A DNA stretch of 64,000 nt from assembly GCA_038530555.1 (NCBI GenBank), contig JBCBCN010000002.1, forward strand, positions 51,980 to 115,979, written 5' to 3'. This DNA is from Pseudomonadota bacterium. Lineage in GTDB: Bacteria > Pseudomonadota > Alphaproteobacteria > Rhodobacterales > Rhodobacteraceae. A program made the translations under genes and the position numbers. A model generated the notes under the pieces. It was not told where the DNA came from. It was given only the letters and a program-made list of their open reading frames with translations, and searched no databases. This document shows, piece after piece, positions 48,913 through 58,749 of the stretch; positions within the stretch are counted from its first letter, which is position 1, and every line of letters begins with the position of its first letter.

Positions 48913-50294
48913 TCGGCGGGCTCCGCGGCGGAAAAATCGGGCTCGCCCTCAGCGCGGACCCAGGTCAATAAAACCAGTCCAATCAAGAAAAGCACGATCA
49001 ACGGCGCCATGCCATAGCGGGTGCTGCCAAAGATCGCCGTGACCACGCCGATCAGCAGTGTGCCCAGAAAGGTTGTCGCCTTCCCGGCCAAGGCGTAAAG
49101 GCCAAAGGCTTCGGTGGCGCGGCCTTCATCGGCGTGGCGGCACATCATGGTTCGAGAGGCCGACTGCAAAACGCCGCCAGCCGAGCCGATGATCGCGCCA
49201 CAGACGAAAAAGGCCGTATCCGGGAGCGATGAGCCTGCGGGCAGCGGGATGCCCCAGATCATCTCTCGCGTCATGCCAAGTACAAAGGTGCAAACGCCGA
49301 TCAGGATCCAGATCATCGCGATAATGACCGGCTTGGGCCCCAGGCGGCGGTCGATCTTGCCGCCGATCCAGGTGGCAAAGGCAGAACTGAGCGCGGCGAT
49401 GACCCCAAAGGCGCCGACCTCTGGCACGCTCCAATTGAGCACCAAGGTCGCGTAAGTGCCGCCAAAGCCGTAGAGCGCATTGAGCGCGTCTCGATAGAAC
49501 ATGGAGGAGCCGAGATAGGCGAACATGCTGACGCGCTGCGGCAGACGCTTCAGGCTTGCCTTCAGGTTGCTAAGGGCCTGTCCAACCGTTCCCTGGCTCG
49601 CCGTTCCCTTCGGCTCACGCATCCAGACGAAAAACGGGATCATGAAAACGACGTACCAAAAGGCCACCAGCGGGCCGATCGCGCGCGTGCCCTCCTTTAG
49701 CGCCGGATCCAAGCCTAACACCGGGGCGATGCCGATCAGGGTCAGGCCATTGTCCTGCGCCACAAACAAGCACAGCGCGATGGCGAGGGCGAGAACACCG
49801 CCCGCATAGCCAAGTGCAAAGCCGGTGCCGGAAATGGCGCCGAGCTCATCGGGCGGTGCCAGATCGGGCAACAGCGAATTCGTGAAAACGGTCGCGAATT
49901 CCGCGCCGATCATGCCGATGCCAAACAGACATAGCGCAAGCACGACATTGGACGCGTCGGGCAGGAGCCACCAAAGGCCGAACGCGCCCGCCACGTAGAA
50001 CACCGAAAAGAGCGCGATCCATGGCAGGCGCCGCCCGGTCGTGTCGGCGAATGCGCCCAAAACCGGGGCCGTCACAGCGATGATCAGGCCAACAATGGTG
50101 AGCGTGAAAGACCAAACGCTGGTGGCGGCGGCATCCGCGGCTTCCTCATCCAGACCCTCGGCCATGTAGCTATCGGACAGCACCAGCGCAAAATAAGGAC
50201 CGAAGACGAAGGTCAGCAGAACCGTGAAATAGGGCTGGCTGGCCCAATCGAAGGCCCAAAAGCCCCAGATCCGTCTGCGCACCGCTTTATCCAT
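48909..50294 (-). CDS. MFS transporter, UMF1/Atg22-like family
   Basis: 461 aa with ~12 TM segments. N-terminal WAFDWASQPYFT motif recalled from the UMF1 family. Confidence 0.8.
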   Translation of the reverse strand: MDKAVRRRIWGFWAFDWASQPYFTVLLTFVFGPYFALVLSDSYMAEGLDEEAADAAATSVWSFTLTIVGLIIAVTAPVLGAFADTTGRRLPWIALFSVFYVAGAFGLWWLLPDASNVVLALCLFGIGMIGAEFATVFTNSLLPDLAPPDELGAISGTGFALGYAGGVLALAIALCLFVAQDNGLTLIGIAPVLGLDPALKEGTRAIGPLVAFWYVVFMIPFFVWMREPKGTASQGTVGQALSNLKASLKRLPQRVSMFAYLGSSMFYRDALNALYGFGGTYATLVLNWSVPEVGAFGVIAALSSAFATWIGGKIDRRLGPKPVIIAMIWILIGVCTFVLGMTREMIWGIPLPAGSSLPDTAFFVCGAIIGSAGGVLQSASRTMMCRHADEGRATEAFGLYALAGKATTFLGTLLIGVVTAIFGSTRYGMAPLIVLFLIGLVLLTWVRAEGEPDFSAAEPAE

Positions 50295-50358
50295 GGATTG
50301 CCCTCACCGCCCCCGACGCAAACCATTGCGGCTTGCAAGCGCTTTGGCAATCAAAAGC

Positions 50359-50910
50359 TCAGATTTCGGGCGGCCAAGGGCGGGCCTGATCGGCTTCGGC
50401 CCAGGCCTGGCACCAATCGGGCAGCGGGGGTGACGCGGCATCCGCCATGCCCATCGCCTCGGCCACGCGGTCCGTGGGCACCGCGCGGCCTTTCTCGACG
50501 ACCGCTGTACGCAGAAGGCCGTGGTTGCAGGCCGTATCACCGCGCCACATCGCCTGTTCAAGGTAGAAAAAGCGGGCGTCCCAGGCCAAAAGGCGCGTGC
50601 GAAGCTCAAAGGTTTGGAACGGCAAAATGCGCTTGCGATAGCGGGTGGACGCGCCCGCGACCGCCACACCCCAGCCATTGTCGCTGAGCACTTTTACAAG
50701 GCCGATCCGGCGGCTCAGAGCAAATCGGCCAAGATCATAAAGCGTTAGGATCCGGCCGTTATTCATCTCAAGGAATATGTCGATATCCGTGGGCCAGCAG
50801 CGCATCTTGATCACCGAAGTGTCAAAAAGCCCAAGCGTTGGCTGACGCGCGGCGGCGATTTGCGTTGTGATAAGCCGGATTGTCGCTTTCATGGGCGCGG
50901 TTTGGCGCAA
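50359..50910 (-). CDS. thioesterase-superfamily (hotdog fold) protein
   Basis: 183 aa. Layout resembles acyl-CoA thioesterase-like hotdog proteins (MNNGRILTLYDLGR...). This is a weak motif-level call. Confidence 0.5.
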   Translation of the reverse strand: MRQTAPMKATIRLITTQIAAARQPTLGLFDTSVIKMRCWPTDIDIFLEMNNGRILTLYDLGRFALSRRIGLVKVLSDNGWGVAVAGASTRYRKRILPFQTFELRTRLLAWDARFFYLEQAMWRGDTACNHGLLRTAVVEKGRAVPTDRVAEAMGMADAASPPLPDWCQAWAEADQARPWPPEI

Positions 50911-51009
50911 CCTCGCCGGACTGACAAGGCGGACGTGGCGTTGGCGTTGCCTTGCAGGGGCGCCAGATGCTCCTTAGGTCTACGCAATTAAGAAGGAGAA
51001 TGCCCCGCC

Positions 51010-51297
51010 ATGATGACGATTGTAGATATTCTCGATCTCTTGTTGGACGTCGCGCTTTTCTTTGTAATCGCGCACATCATCATGTCTTGGCTGATCATAT
51101 TTGGCGTACTTAACACGCGCCAACCCATCGTCGCGCAGCTTTGGGACGGTGTAAACCGCCTGCTTGAGCCGCTATACGGTCGATTGAGGCGGGTTCTTCC
51201 AAATACCGGCGGCCTTGATCTCGCGCCGTTGGTGGTCATCCTCGGCATTTACATAATGCGTATCATTCTTTCGGATTTCGCAACGGCGATTAGTTAA
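51010..51297 (+). CDS. yggT: YggT family membrane protein
   Basis: 95 aa with two TM segments. ...[22 protein letters not shown] is the YggT signature. Strong SD (AAGGAGA) upstream. Confidence 0.75.
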   Translation: MMTIVDILDLLLDVALFFVIAHIIMSWLIIFGVLNTRQPIVAQLWDGVNRLLEPLYGRLRRVLPNTGGLDLAPLVVILGIYIMRIILSDFATAIS

Positions 51298-51974
51298 CCG
51301 CCGTGTCCGCCGACAAACGGCGCCTCGGCACCCCAGAGCTGACGCACGCGAGCATCCCGGCCGCAGCTTTCGCGATAGAACTCATAGGCGGCGGACTGGC
51401 GCATCGGGCCGCGACGGGTCACGATCAAGCTGGTGCCGCGATAGTAATCCTGGTGGTAATCCTCGGCCTCATAGAAGGGCGCGGCGTTGCGAATGGCCGT
51501 GGCGATGGGCTGACCGAGGGTGGCACGTGCCTGGGCGATCTCGGCCTCGGCAATCGCCCGCTCTTCGTTGTTACGCACGAAAATTGCTGTCGTGTAGCTC
51601 TGCCCACGGTCGCAGAATTGTCCGCCGCCATCCGTGGGGTCGATCGAGCGCAGGAACATGTTGATCAGCTGCGAATAGCTCAGCCGATCCGCGTCATAGG
51701 TGATCTCGACCACTTCAAGATGGCCCGTGCCGCCGCCCGTCACCTGGCGATAGCTCGGGTTGGCGACCGAGCCGCCGGCATAGCCCGACACGACCTCAAC
51801 CACACCGCGCACCCGCTCGAAGTCCGACTCCACGCACCAGAAACACCCGCCCGCTACTACTGCGGTTTGGATGTCACGGGCATGGGCTTTGCCGTGCTGT
51901 AGTACCAGGGCGGCGCCGATGGCCGCGAACAGAACGAGCGTCTTTAGACCGGTGAATGCGTGGCGCTGTGCCAT
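51294..51974 (-). CDS. msrA: peptide-methionine (S)-S-oxide reductase, exported form
   Basis: Signal peptide, then [15 protein letters not shown] (GCFWC active site) and HQDYY. ATG 51974 chosen; the track ORF extends to 52049. Confidence 0.88.
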   Translation of the reverse strand: MAQRHAFTGLKTLVLFAAIGAALVLQHGKAHARDIQTAVVAGGCFWCVESDFERVRGVVEVVSGYAGGSVANPSYRQVTGGGTGHLEVVEITYDADRLSYSQLINMFLRSIDPTDGGGQFCDRGQSYTTAIFVRNNEERAIAEAEIAQARATLGQPIATAIRNAAPFYEAEDYHQDYYRGTSLIVTRRGPMRQSAAYEFYRESCGRDARVRQLWGAEAPFVGGHGG

Positions 51975-52094
51975 TGGAATATCCTCCGTTGATGGCGCCA
52001 ACTGTCCCGATGGTGGGTTGAAATACAACGCACATGGGCGTGACATCACACAGCGGTGAAGCTTTGAAACAGGCGTACGGGGAAGGGGTGAGAG

Positions 52095-52799
52095 ATGCGT
52101 ATCGCGATGTGGTCGGGGCCGCGAAACCTGTCGACGGCGCTGATGTATGCGTTTGGCGCGCGGGGCGATTGCGCGATTGTCGATGAGCCGTTCTATGCAG
52201 CGTTCTTACGCCAGACCGGGGCCGGGCATCCGATGGCCGCAGACGTCATCGCCGCGCATGAGACGGATCCCTTGCGGGTGGCCGAGATGTGTTTAGCGGC
52301 ACCACCGGCCGGTCAATCGTTCACCTATATGAAGCACATGCCACACCACATGGTGCCGGGCTTCCCGCTCGCCTGGGCGGAAACCTGCGAGAACGCCCAT
52401 CTCATCCGGCACCCCGCGCGGGTCATCGCGAGCTATGCGGCCAAGCAAACCGAGATCACCGCCGCCGATATCAGCTATGACCGGCAGCTTGAGATCTGGC
52501 GCATGTTTGGCGGGCCCGTGATCAGTTCCGAGACGATCCGGGCGGACCCGGCCCGAGCGCTGCGCGCCTTGTGCGTGGCGCTGGGTATCCCGTTTCAGGC
52601 TTCTATGCTGCATTGGCCCGCGGGTGGACGGCCTGAAGACGGTGTTTGGGCCGCGCATTGGTACGCGGCGGTGCATGCCTCGACCGGGTTTGCCGGACCC
52701 GAGGGGCCGCTTCCGAAGATCGATCCGAAATACCAACGCCTTTTGGATGCAGCGATGCCCGCCTACGAAACCCTCCGCGCGGCGGAGATCCGTCCCTAG
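52095..52799 (+). CDS. sulfotransferase-fold family protein of unknown function
   Basis: [34 protein letters not shown] is an N-terminus I recall from a conserved bacterial family variously annotated as sulfotransferase-like. Function unknown. Confidence 0.45.
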   Translation: MRIAMWSGPRNLSTALMYAFGARGDCAIVDEPFYAAFLRQTGAGHPMAADVIAAHETDPLRVAEMCLAAPPAGQSFTYMKHMPHHMVPGFPLAWAETCENAHLIRHPARVIASYAAKQTEITAADISYDRQLEIWRMFGGPVISSETIRADPARALRALCVALGIPFQASMLHWPAGGRPEDGVWAAHWYAAVHASTGFAGPEGPLPKIDPKYQRLLDAAMPAYETLRAAEIRP

Positions 52800-52855
52800 C
52801 TCGCCCGCCGCGAATTGCCGCTTGATGGCCTGGAGCTTGGATGCGACCCTAACCA

Positions 52856-54655
52856 ATGCCGAATTTTCCGAGCTGGGCTGAATGCGCGCCCGACCTGATC
52901 GACACCGCCGCGGGCCGCAGACCGGCGGACCTTGTGATCACGAAAGCGCGGCTGGCCAATGTGCATAGCCGGGAGATCCTGGAGGGCTGGGGCATTGCGG
53001 TCACGCGCGGACGCTTCGCTTATGTCGGCCCAGCGCCCGAGGGATATATCGGTACCGACACCATGCATATCGATGCCGAAGGTCAGCTTTTGATCCCGGG
53101 GCTTTGCGACGGGCATATGCATATCGAAAGCGGCATGCTGACGCCCGCGGAATTTGCCAGCGCCGTCATTCCGCATGGCACCACGACGATGTTCACGGAT
53201 CCCCATGAGATCGCGAATGTGATGGGTTTAGACGGCGTGCGTTTGATGCATGACGAGGCCCTGGCCCAGCCAGTCAACATTTTTACCCAAATGCCGTCCT
53301 GCGCCCCGTCGGCGCCCGGACTGGAAACCACAGGCCATGAGATCACGCCGGAGGACGTCAAAACCGGGATGACCTGGCCCGGGATCATCGGACTGGGCGA
53401 GATGATGAACTTTCCCGGTGTGGCCGCGGGCGACGCCAAGATGCTTGCCGAGATGGCGGCGACCGAGGCGGCGGGCAAGGTGATCGGAGGTCACTACGCT
53501 TCGCCCGATTTAGGCGCGCCATTCCATGCCTATGTGGCGGGCGGTCCGGCCGATGATCACGAGGGCGTGGCGGAGGCAGACGCCATCGCGCGCCTGCGCC
53601 AGGGGATGCGCGCGATGCTGCGGCTCGGCTCGGCCTGGTACGATGTGGAGGCGCAGATCACCGCGGTGACCCAGCGCGGCCTAGACCCGCGCGGCGTGAT
53701 CCTCTGCACAGATGATTGCCATTCCGGCACGCTGGTCAGGGACGGCCACATGAACCGGGTGCTGCGCCACGCGATTGCCTGCGGCTGCGACCCGATGATC
53801 GCGCTGCAAATGTGCACGATAAACACGGCCACGCATTTTGGCCTGGAGCGGGAGCTTGGCAGTATCGCACCGGGCCGTCGGGCCGATATGATCCTGACCA
53901 CCGGGTTCGAAGACCTGCCCATCGAGCGTGTGTTCGCCCGGGGCCAAGAGGTCGCGCGCGGGGGCCATCTGTTGGTAAATTGCCCGCATATCGCATGGCC
54001 AGCCTCCGCACGAAGCTCAGTTAGGTTAGGCCGTGATCTGGCCGCGTCCGATTTCGAGATCCACGCTGAGCCAGGGCAAAACACAGCCCGCGTTCGCGTC
54101 ATCGGTGTGGTCGAGAACCAAGCGCCGACGCGTGCGCTGGAGGCCGATCTGACGGTGCGGAACGGCTTGATCGAGGCCTCGGGTGAGGTGTGTCATATCG
54201 CGCTTGTCGAGCGTCACCGGGGCACGGGCGGGGTCACCAACGGTTTTGTCCAGGGCTTTGGCTATACCGGATCGATGGCCATTGCCTCGACCGTGGCCCA
54301 TGACAGCCACCACATGATCATGGTGGGCACGGATCGCGCGTCAATGGCTATCGCAGCAAACCGCCTTGCGGAGGTGGGCGGTGGGATCACGCTGATCCGC
54401 GATGGGCGTGAAGTGGCCCTGGTCGAGCTGCCGATCGCCGGATTGATGTCCGACCGTCCCGCGAGAGAGGTGGCGCAGAAAGCCGACCGACTGGGTGCGG
54501 AAATGCGCGCCAGCGGCTGCAGCCTCAACAACGCGATCATGCAGCATTCTTTGCTGGCCCTGGTGGTCATCCCTGAACTGCGGATCTCGGATCTTGGCCT
54601 TGTGGATGTCACACAGTTTTCGCTGACGGATGTTGTGATAAAGGACAATGCATGA
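52856..54655 (+). CDS. ade: adenine deaminase
   Basis: 599-aa amidohydrolase. LIPGLCDGHMHIESGMLTP metal motif and overall length typical of Ade. Confidence 0.85.
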   Translation: MPNFPSWAECAPDLIDTAAGRRPADLVITKARLANVHSREILEGWGIAVTRGRFAYVGPAPEGYIGTDTMHIDAEGQLLIPGLCDGHMHIESGMLTPAEFASAVIPHGTTTMFTDPHEIANVMGLDGVRLMHDEALAQPVNIFTQMPSCAPSAPGLETTGHEITPEDVKTGMTWPGIIGLGEMMNFPGVAAGDAKMLAEMAATEAAGKVIGGHYASPDLGAPFHAYVAGGPADDHEGVAEADAIARLRQGMRAMLRLGSAWYDVEAQITAVTQRGLDPRGVILCTDDCHSGTLVRDGHMNRVLRHAIACGCDPMIALQMCTINTATHFGLERELGSIAPGRRADMILTTGFEDLPIERVFARGQEVARGGHLLVNCPHIAWPASARSSVRLGRDLAASDFEIHAEPGQNTARVRVIGVVENQAPTRALEADLTVRNGLIEASGEVCHIALVERHRGTGGVTNGFVQGFGYTGSMAIASTVAHDSHHMIMVGTDRASMAIAANRLAEVGGGITLIRDGREVALVELPIAGLMSDRPAREVAQKADRLGAEMRASGCSLNNAIMQHSLLALVVIPELRISDLGLVDVTQFSLTDVVIKDNA

Positions 54656-56136
54656 ATTCACCGAGGTTGCACTTGCCCATCCGAATGCCACCCGAACGCG
54701 GGGTGCGGGAGTTCAACGATGCCGGCGCTGCGGTCGCCTATCTTGAAGAGCTTTACGATGAGGCCCTGACGTTTCTGCGCGATCATTTCGCCGAAGTGCT
54801 TTCGGGTCCGCCGCCCGCCCAGCGCTATCGCGCGACCTATCCGGAAATCCGCCTCACGACGACAAGCTTCGACAGCATCGACAGCCGTCTGAGCTTTGGC
54901 CATGTCGCCACCCCGGGCACCTATGGCACCACGGTCACGCGGCCCGATCTGTTCCGCAACTACCTCACGCAACAACTCACCCTGCTGATCGAGAACCACA
55001 ATGTCCCGGTCAGCATCGGGCCCTCAGAGACGCCGATCCCCATCCATTTTGCAGTGCTCGGGGATGCGGATGTCGAAGTCCCACAGGAGAGCCACCTCAA
55101 TTTTGCGCTGCGCGACGTGTTCGACGTGCCCGATCTGGGCACCACCCATGATGAGATCGTCAACGGCTTTGGGTTTAAGAACGAGGACGGGACGGGACCT
55201 CTGGCCCCGTTCACGGCGCAACGGGTCGATTATTCGCTGGCCCGGCTTGAGCATTACACCGCAACCAAGCCAGAGCATTTTCAAAACCACGTCCTCTTCA
55301 CAAACTATCAATTCTATATCGATGAATTTATCGCTTATGCCCGCGATGCCCTTGCCGATGAAAGCAGTGGTTATGAGGCGCTGATCGGCCCGGGCAACAT
55401 GCGCCTTTCGCCCGGCGATGAAACCCTGGCTGCTCCGAAAAAGCTACCGCAGATGCCGAGCTATCACCTCACGCGCCCGGGTGGGGCGGGGATCACGCTC
55501 GTGAATATCGGTGTCGGGCCGTCGAATGCGAAGACGGCGACTGACCATATCGCGGTGCTCAGGCCCCATGTCTGGCTGATGGTCGGCCATTGCGCGGGCC
55601 TGCGCACCACGCAAAGCCTGGGCGATTACGTGTTGGCGCATGCCTACCTGCGTGAGGACAAGGTGCTAGACGACGATCTGCCCGTCTGGGTCCCGATCCC
55701 GGCCCTAGCCGAGGTGCAGATCGCCCTGGAGGAGGCCGTGGCCGATATCTCGCAACTCGAAGGGTTCGAGCTTAAGCGGATCATGCGGACCGGCACGGTG
55801 GCGACGGTGGATAACCGCAATTGGGAGCTACGCGACCAATCCGGGCCGGTGCAGCGTCTGAGCCAATCCAGAGCTGTGGCGCTCGATATGGAAAGCGCAA
55901 CAATCGCCGCCAACGGCTTCCGCTTCCGCGTCCCCTACGGCACGCTGCTCTGCGTTTCAGACAAGCCCCTGCATGGAGAGCTCAAGCTCCCCGGCATGGC
56001 CTCGGCCTTCTACACCACGCAAGTCTCGCGCCATCTGCATATAGGCATCCGCGCCATGGAGAAGCTTCGCGAGATGAGCCAAAGCCGCCTGCACTCCCGA
56101 AAACTGCGCTCCTTCGAGGAAACGGCGTTCCTCTAG
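54652..56136 (+). CDS. amn: AMP nucleosidase
   Basis: 494 aa. N-terminal regulatory domain plus a PNP/UDP_1 catalytic domain (VNIGVGPSNAKT ... ALDMESATIA). ATGA overlap with the ade stop. Confidence 0.88.
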   Translation: MNSPRLHLPIRMPPERGVREFNDAGAAVAYLEELYDEALTFLRDHFAEVLSGPPPAQRYRATYPEIRLTTTSFDSIDSRLSFGHVATPGTYGTTVTRPDLFRNYLTQQLTLLIENHNVPVSIGPSETPIPIHFAVLGDADVEVPQESHLNFALRDVFDVPDLGTTHDEIVNGFGFKNEDGTGPLAPFTAQRVDYSLARLEHYTATKPEHFQNHVLFTNYQFYIDEFIAYARDALADESSGYEALIGPGNMRLSPGDETLAAPKKLPQMPSYHLTRPGGAGITLVNIGVGPSNAKTATDHIAVLRPHVWLMVGHCAGLRTTQSLGDYVLAHAYLREDKVLDDDLPVWVPIPALAEVQIALEEAVADISQLEGFELKRIMRTGTVATVDNRNWELRDQSGPVQRLSQSRAVALDMESATIAANGFRFRVPYGTLLCVSDKPLHGELKLPGMASAFYTTQVSRHLHIGIRAMEKLREMSQSRLHSRKLRSFEETAFL

Positions 56137-56263
56137 CGGCGGGAATGCGTGAAATCCCCATGTTTTTTTGATTAAAGTTACACTAAGCGTTGTGTGACCC
56201 TACTATATTCGGTAATTTAATCATCAATGGGCTCTATTGCTCGAGCAGAACTGGAGATACGCG

Positions 56264-56554
56264 ATGGCGCAGAAACCTATGACCAAGACCCAGCTTGTTG
56301 CCGCTTTGGCGGAAGACATGGGCGCAGACAAAAAGACAGCCGGTGCCGCGCTGGATGCGATTGCCAACGTCATCACCAAGGAAGTCGCCGCGGGCGGCGC
56401 TTGCACGATCCCAGGGGTCGGCAAAGTGTATTGCCGCGAGCGTCCCGCGCGCATGGTGCGCAACCCCGCTACCGGTGAGCAGATCCCGAAAGAAGCCGAC
56501 AAAGTGGTCAAAGTCACGATCGCAAAGGCGCTCAAAGACAGCGTTAACGGCTGA
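56264..56554 (+). CDS. hupB: HU family DNA-binding protein
   Basis: MTKTQLVAALAEDMGADKKTAGAALDAI ... RPARMVRNPATGEQI beta-arm motif. GGAG SD precedes ATG 56264. Confidence 0.9.
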   Translation: MAQKPMTKTQLVAALAEDMGADKKTAGAALDAIANVITKEVAAGGACTIPGVGKVYCRERPARMVRNPATGEQIPKEADKVVKVTIAKALKDSVNG

Positions 56555-56577
56555 ATTAGCGAGTGCACCCAAGGTGA

Positions 56578-56604
56578 GAGGGTCGCTTTCGAGCGGCCCT
56601 TTTG
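56578..56604 (+). terminator. intrinsic terminator after the HU gene
   Basis: GGGTCGC - TTTCGA - GCGGCCC (7 bp including one G-U pair) followed by TTTT. Confidence 0.65.
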
Positions 56605-56643
56605 CCATTTAAGGCCAGGTCACAGGGATAGGGGGACCCTACA

Positions 56644-57528
56644 TTGGATTGGCGCGCGATTTCGCTTGGGCTGCTCTTCGCGCTGATTTGGTCCTCCGCC
56701 TTCAGCTCTGCTCGGATCATCGTTGAAGCTGCGCCGCCACTTTGGGCGCTCGTCCTGCGCTATGCAATTGCTGGGGCCTGCGGTGTAGGCCTGGCTCTCT
56801 GGCTTGGCCAATCCTGGCGTTTGAGCCCATCGCAATGGCGAAGTGTCGTGATCTTTGGGATTTGCCAAAACGCCCTCTACCTCGGTCTAAATTTCGTTGC
56901 AATGCAATGGGTTGAGGCCTCGCTTGCGGCAATTATCGCCTCCACCATGCCGCTGCTTGTCGCTCTAGCGAATTGGAGCCTGTTTCGCGAAAAGCTCCCG
57001 GCCCTGGGTGTTCTGGGCCTTGCCACCGGATTTCTCGGCGTCGCGCTGATCATGGGGCAGCGCCTAAGCCTAGGCAGCGACGGGCTGGGCATCCTTTTTT
57101 GCGTGATCGGCGCGGGCGCCTTGACGGTGGCGACCCTTGCTATGCGCGGTGCCAGCCAAAATGGCGAGAACCTGCTTTTGATCGTCGGCTTACAGATGCT
57201 TGTGGGCGGAGCGGCCCTGTTGCCCGTCGCGGCCTTGGTCGAACCTGTCATGCTCAGCCCGTCTTGGCCGCTCCTTGCCGCGTTTCTCTACACGACCTTT
57301 ATTCCGGGGCTGCTGGCCACGTTCATATGGTTCATTCTTGTCGACAAGATCGGCCCGACACGCGCGGCCACATTTCACTTCCTCAACCCGGTCTTCGGCG
57401 TGCTGCTTGCCTGGATCATCCTGGGCGAAGCGCTGCGCCAAAGCGACCTGATCGGGGTTGCGATCATTGCGCTAGGGATCCTTGCGGTGCAGGTGGCACG
57501 CGCGGCACCTCACGCAAATCTCAAGTGA
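56644..57528 (+). CDS. DMT superfamily (EamA) transporter
   Basis: 294 aa with ten hydrophobic segments in two EamA repeats. TTG start. Confidence 0.8.
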   Translation: MDWRAISLGLLFALIWSSAFSSARIIVEAAPPLWALVLRYAIAGACGVGLALWLGQSWRLSPSQWRSVVIFGICQNALYLGLNFVAMQWVEASLAAIIASTMPLLVALANWSLFREKLPALGVLGLATGFLGVALIMGQRLSLGSDGLGILFCVIGAGALTVATLAMRGASQNGENLLLIVGLQMLVGGAALLPVAALVEPVMLSPSWPLLAAFLYTTFIPGLLATFIWFILVDKIGPTRAATFHFLNPVFGVLLAWIILGEALRQSDLIGVAIIALGILAVQVARAAPHANLK

Positions 57529-57559
57529 CAGACGGGCCGAAATCCTAAAGACGGGATAG

Positions 57560-58273
57560 ATGGAGCTAATATTCGCCTATGGCGCGGGATTGCTGACGCT
57601 GATCAATCCATGCGTCCTGCCGATCCTGCCGATCGTTCTAGCCGGGGCCCTCCAGGCCAGCCGGATTGGACCTGTCGCGATGGCCGCCGGGCTCGGCGTG
57701 TCGTTCGTCGCCTTGGGAATGGTCGTGCTTGTCGCGGGGCGGGCAATCGGGCTCAGCGCTGAGATGGTCGCCCAAGCGGGGGCCGTTATGATGATCGGAT
57801 TTGGGGCGATCATGCTTGTCCCGCAGCTCTCGGAGCGCTTTGCCTTTGCCACGGCCGGTGTCTCATCCAGCGCGGATGCCTCAATTACTAGCCTCGACAG
57901 CGGCGGATGGCGCGGGCAATTTACGGCCGGGCTGCTGCTCGGCGCTGTTTGGAGCCCGTGTGTCGGCCCCACACTCGGCGGCGCGATCTCCATGGCCAGC
58001 CAGGGCGAAAACCTGCTGCGCGCCGGTGGCATCATGGTCGCTTTCGCATTCGGCATCGGCACGGTTGTCATCGCCCTAGGCTATGGGGCGAGTGCCATTC
58101 TGCGCCGCAACCAAACACGCATGATCAAATTCGCCGCTGCCGCCAAGCCCGCGCTTGGCGCGGTGTTCATCCTCGTCGGCACCGCTTTGCTTTTGCAGTG
58201 GCATCACCGCGTCGAAAGCTGGCTGCTCGATATCATGCCTTACTGGCTGCAAGACCTTTCGGTCGCCCTCTAG
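57560..58273 (+). CDS. ccdA: cytochrome c biogenesis CcdA/DsbD-type thiol-disulfide transporter
   Basis: Six TM segments with the two conserved Cys motifs: NPCVLPILP and WSPCVGPTLG. Confidence 0.8.
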   Translation: MELIFAYGAGLLTLINPCVLPILPIVLAGALQASRIGPVAMAAGLGVSFVALGMVVLVAGRAIGLSAEMVAQAGAVMMIGFGAIMLVPQLSERFAFATAGVSSSADASITSLDSGGWRGQFTAGLLLGAVWSPCVGPTLGGAISMASQGENLLRAGGIMVAFAFGIGTVVIALGYGASAILRRNQTRMIKFAAAAKPALGAVFILVGTALLLQWHHRVESWLLDIMPYWLQDLSVAL

Positions 58274-58301
58274 CGCATTCCACATCCAAAGGAGACCACG
58301 C

Positions 58302-58706
58302 ATGCTTGACAGAAGATCCTTCATCCTCGCAACCGCTGCCACGGCCCTCGTCGCGCCAGCCTCCGCTGAGGCCCAAACTCTGGACTACACCCCGGGCTTG
58401 GTTGATCAGCGTTTGGCCGCGGGCGAGACAGTATTTTTAGATTTTGCGGCTGATTGGTGCTCAACCTGCCGTCGGCAGGAGCGTGTGATCGATGAATTGC
58501 GCGCGGCAAACCCGGCCTACAATTCGGCGATCACGTTTGTCCGGGTTGACTGGGATCAACATGGCAGCGGTGATCTGAGCCAACGTCTTGCCGTGCCACG
58601 CCGTTCCACCCTCATCGTCCTGCGCGGCGATCAGGAGCTTGGCCGCATCGTCGCGGGCACCAGCCGATCGGACATCGAAGCGCTTCTGAATGCGGGTCTC
58701 GCCTAA
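58302..58706 (+). CDS. exported thioredoxin-fold protein with twin-arginine-like signal
   Basis: ATG 58302 follows AAAGGAGA. MLDRRSFILATAATALVAPASAEA signal, and a WCSTC redox motif. Confidence 0.75.
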   Translation: MLDRRSFILATAATALVAPASAEAQTLDYTPGLVDQRLAAGETVFLDFAADWCSTCRRQERVIDELRAANPAYNSAITFVRVDWDQHGSGDLSQRLAVPRRSTLIVLRGDQELGRIVAGTSRSDIEALLNAGLA

Positions 58707-58749
58707 AGCGTCCAACCTTTGTTGCGCGACATAACTTCCCAGGGACGCC

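Noticed and set aside
56141-56170. A possible intrinsic terminator after amn (T7 run at 56163-56169).
   Set aside because: Only a 4-bp GGGA/TCCC stem with a 10-nt loop precedes the T-run, and 4 nt separate them. That is too weak to call without an energy calculation.
56172-56186. A CtrA-box-like TTAA-N7-CTAA upstream of the HU gene.
   Set aside because: It has one mismatch to TTAA-N7-TTAA and sits in a generally AT-rich spacer where such half-sites arise by chance. I cannot assess significance without a genome-wide PWM scan.
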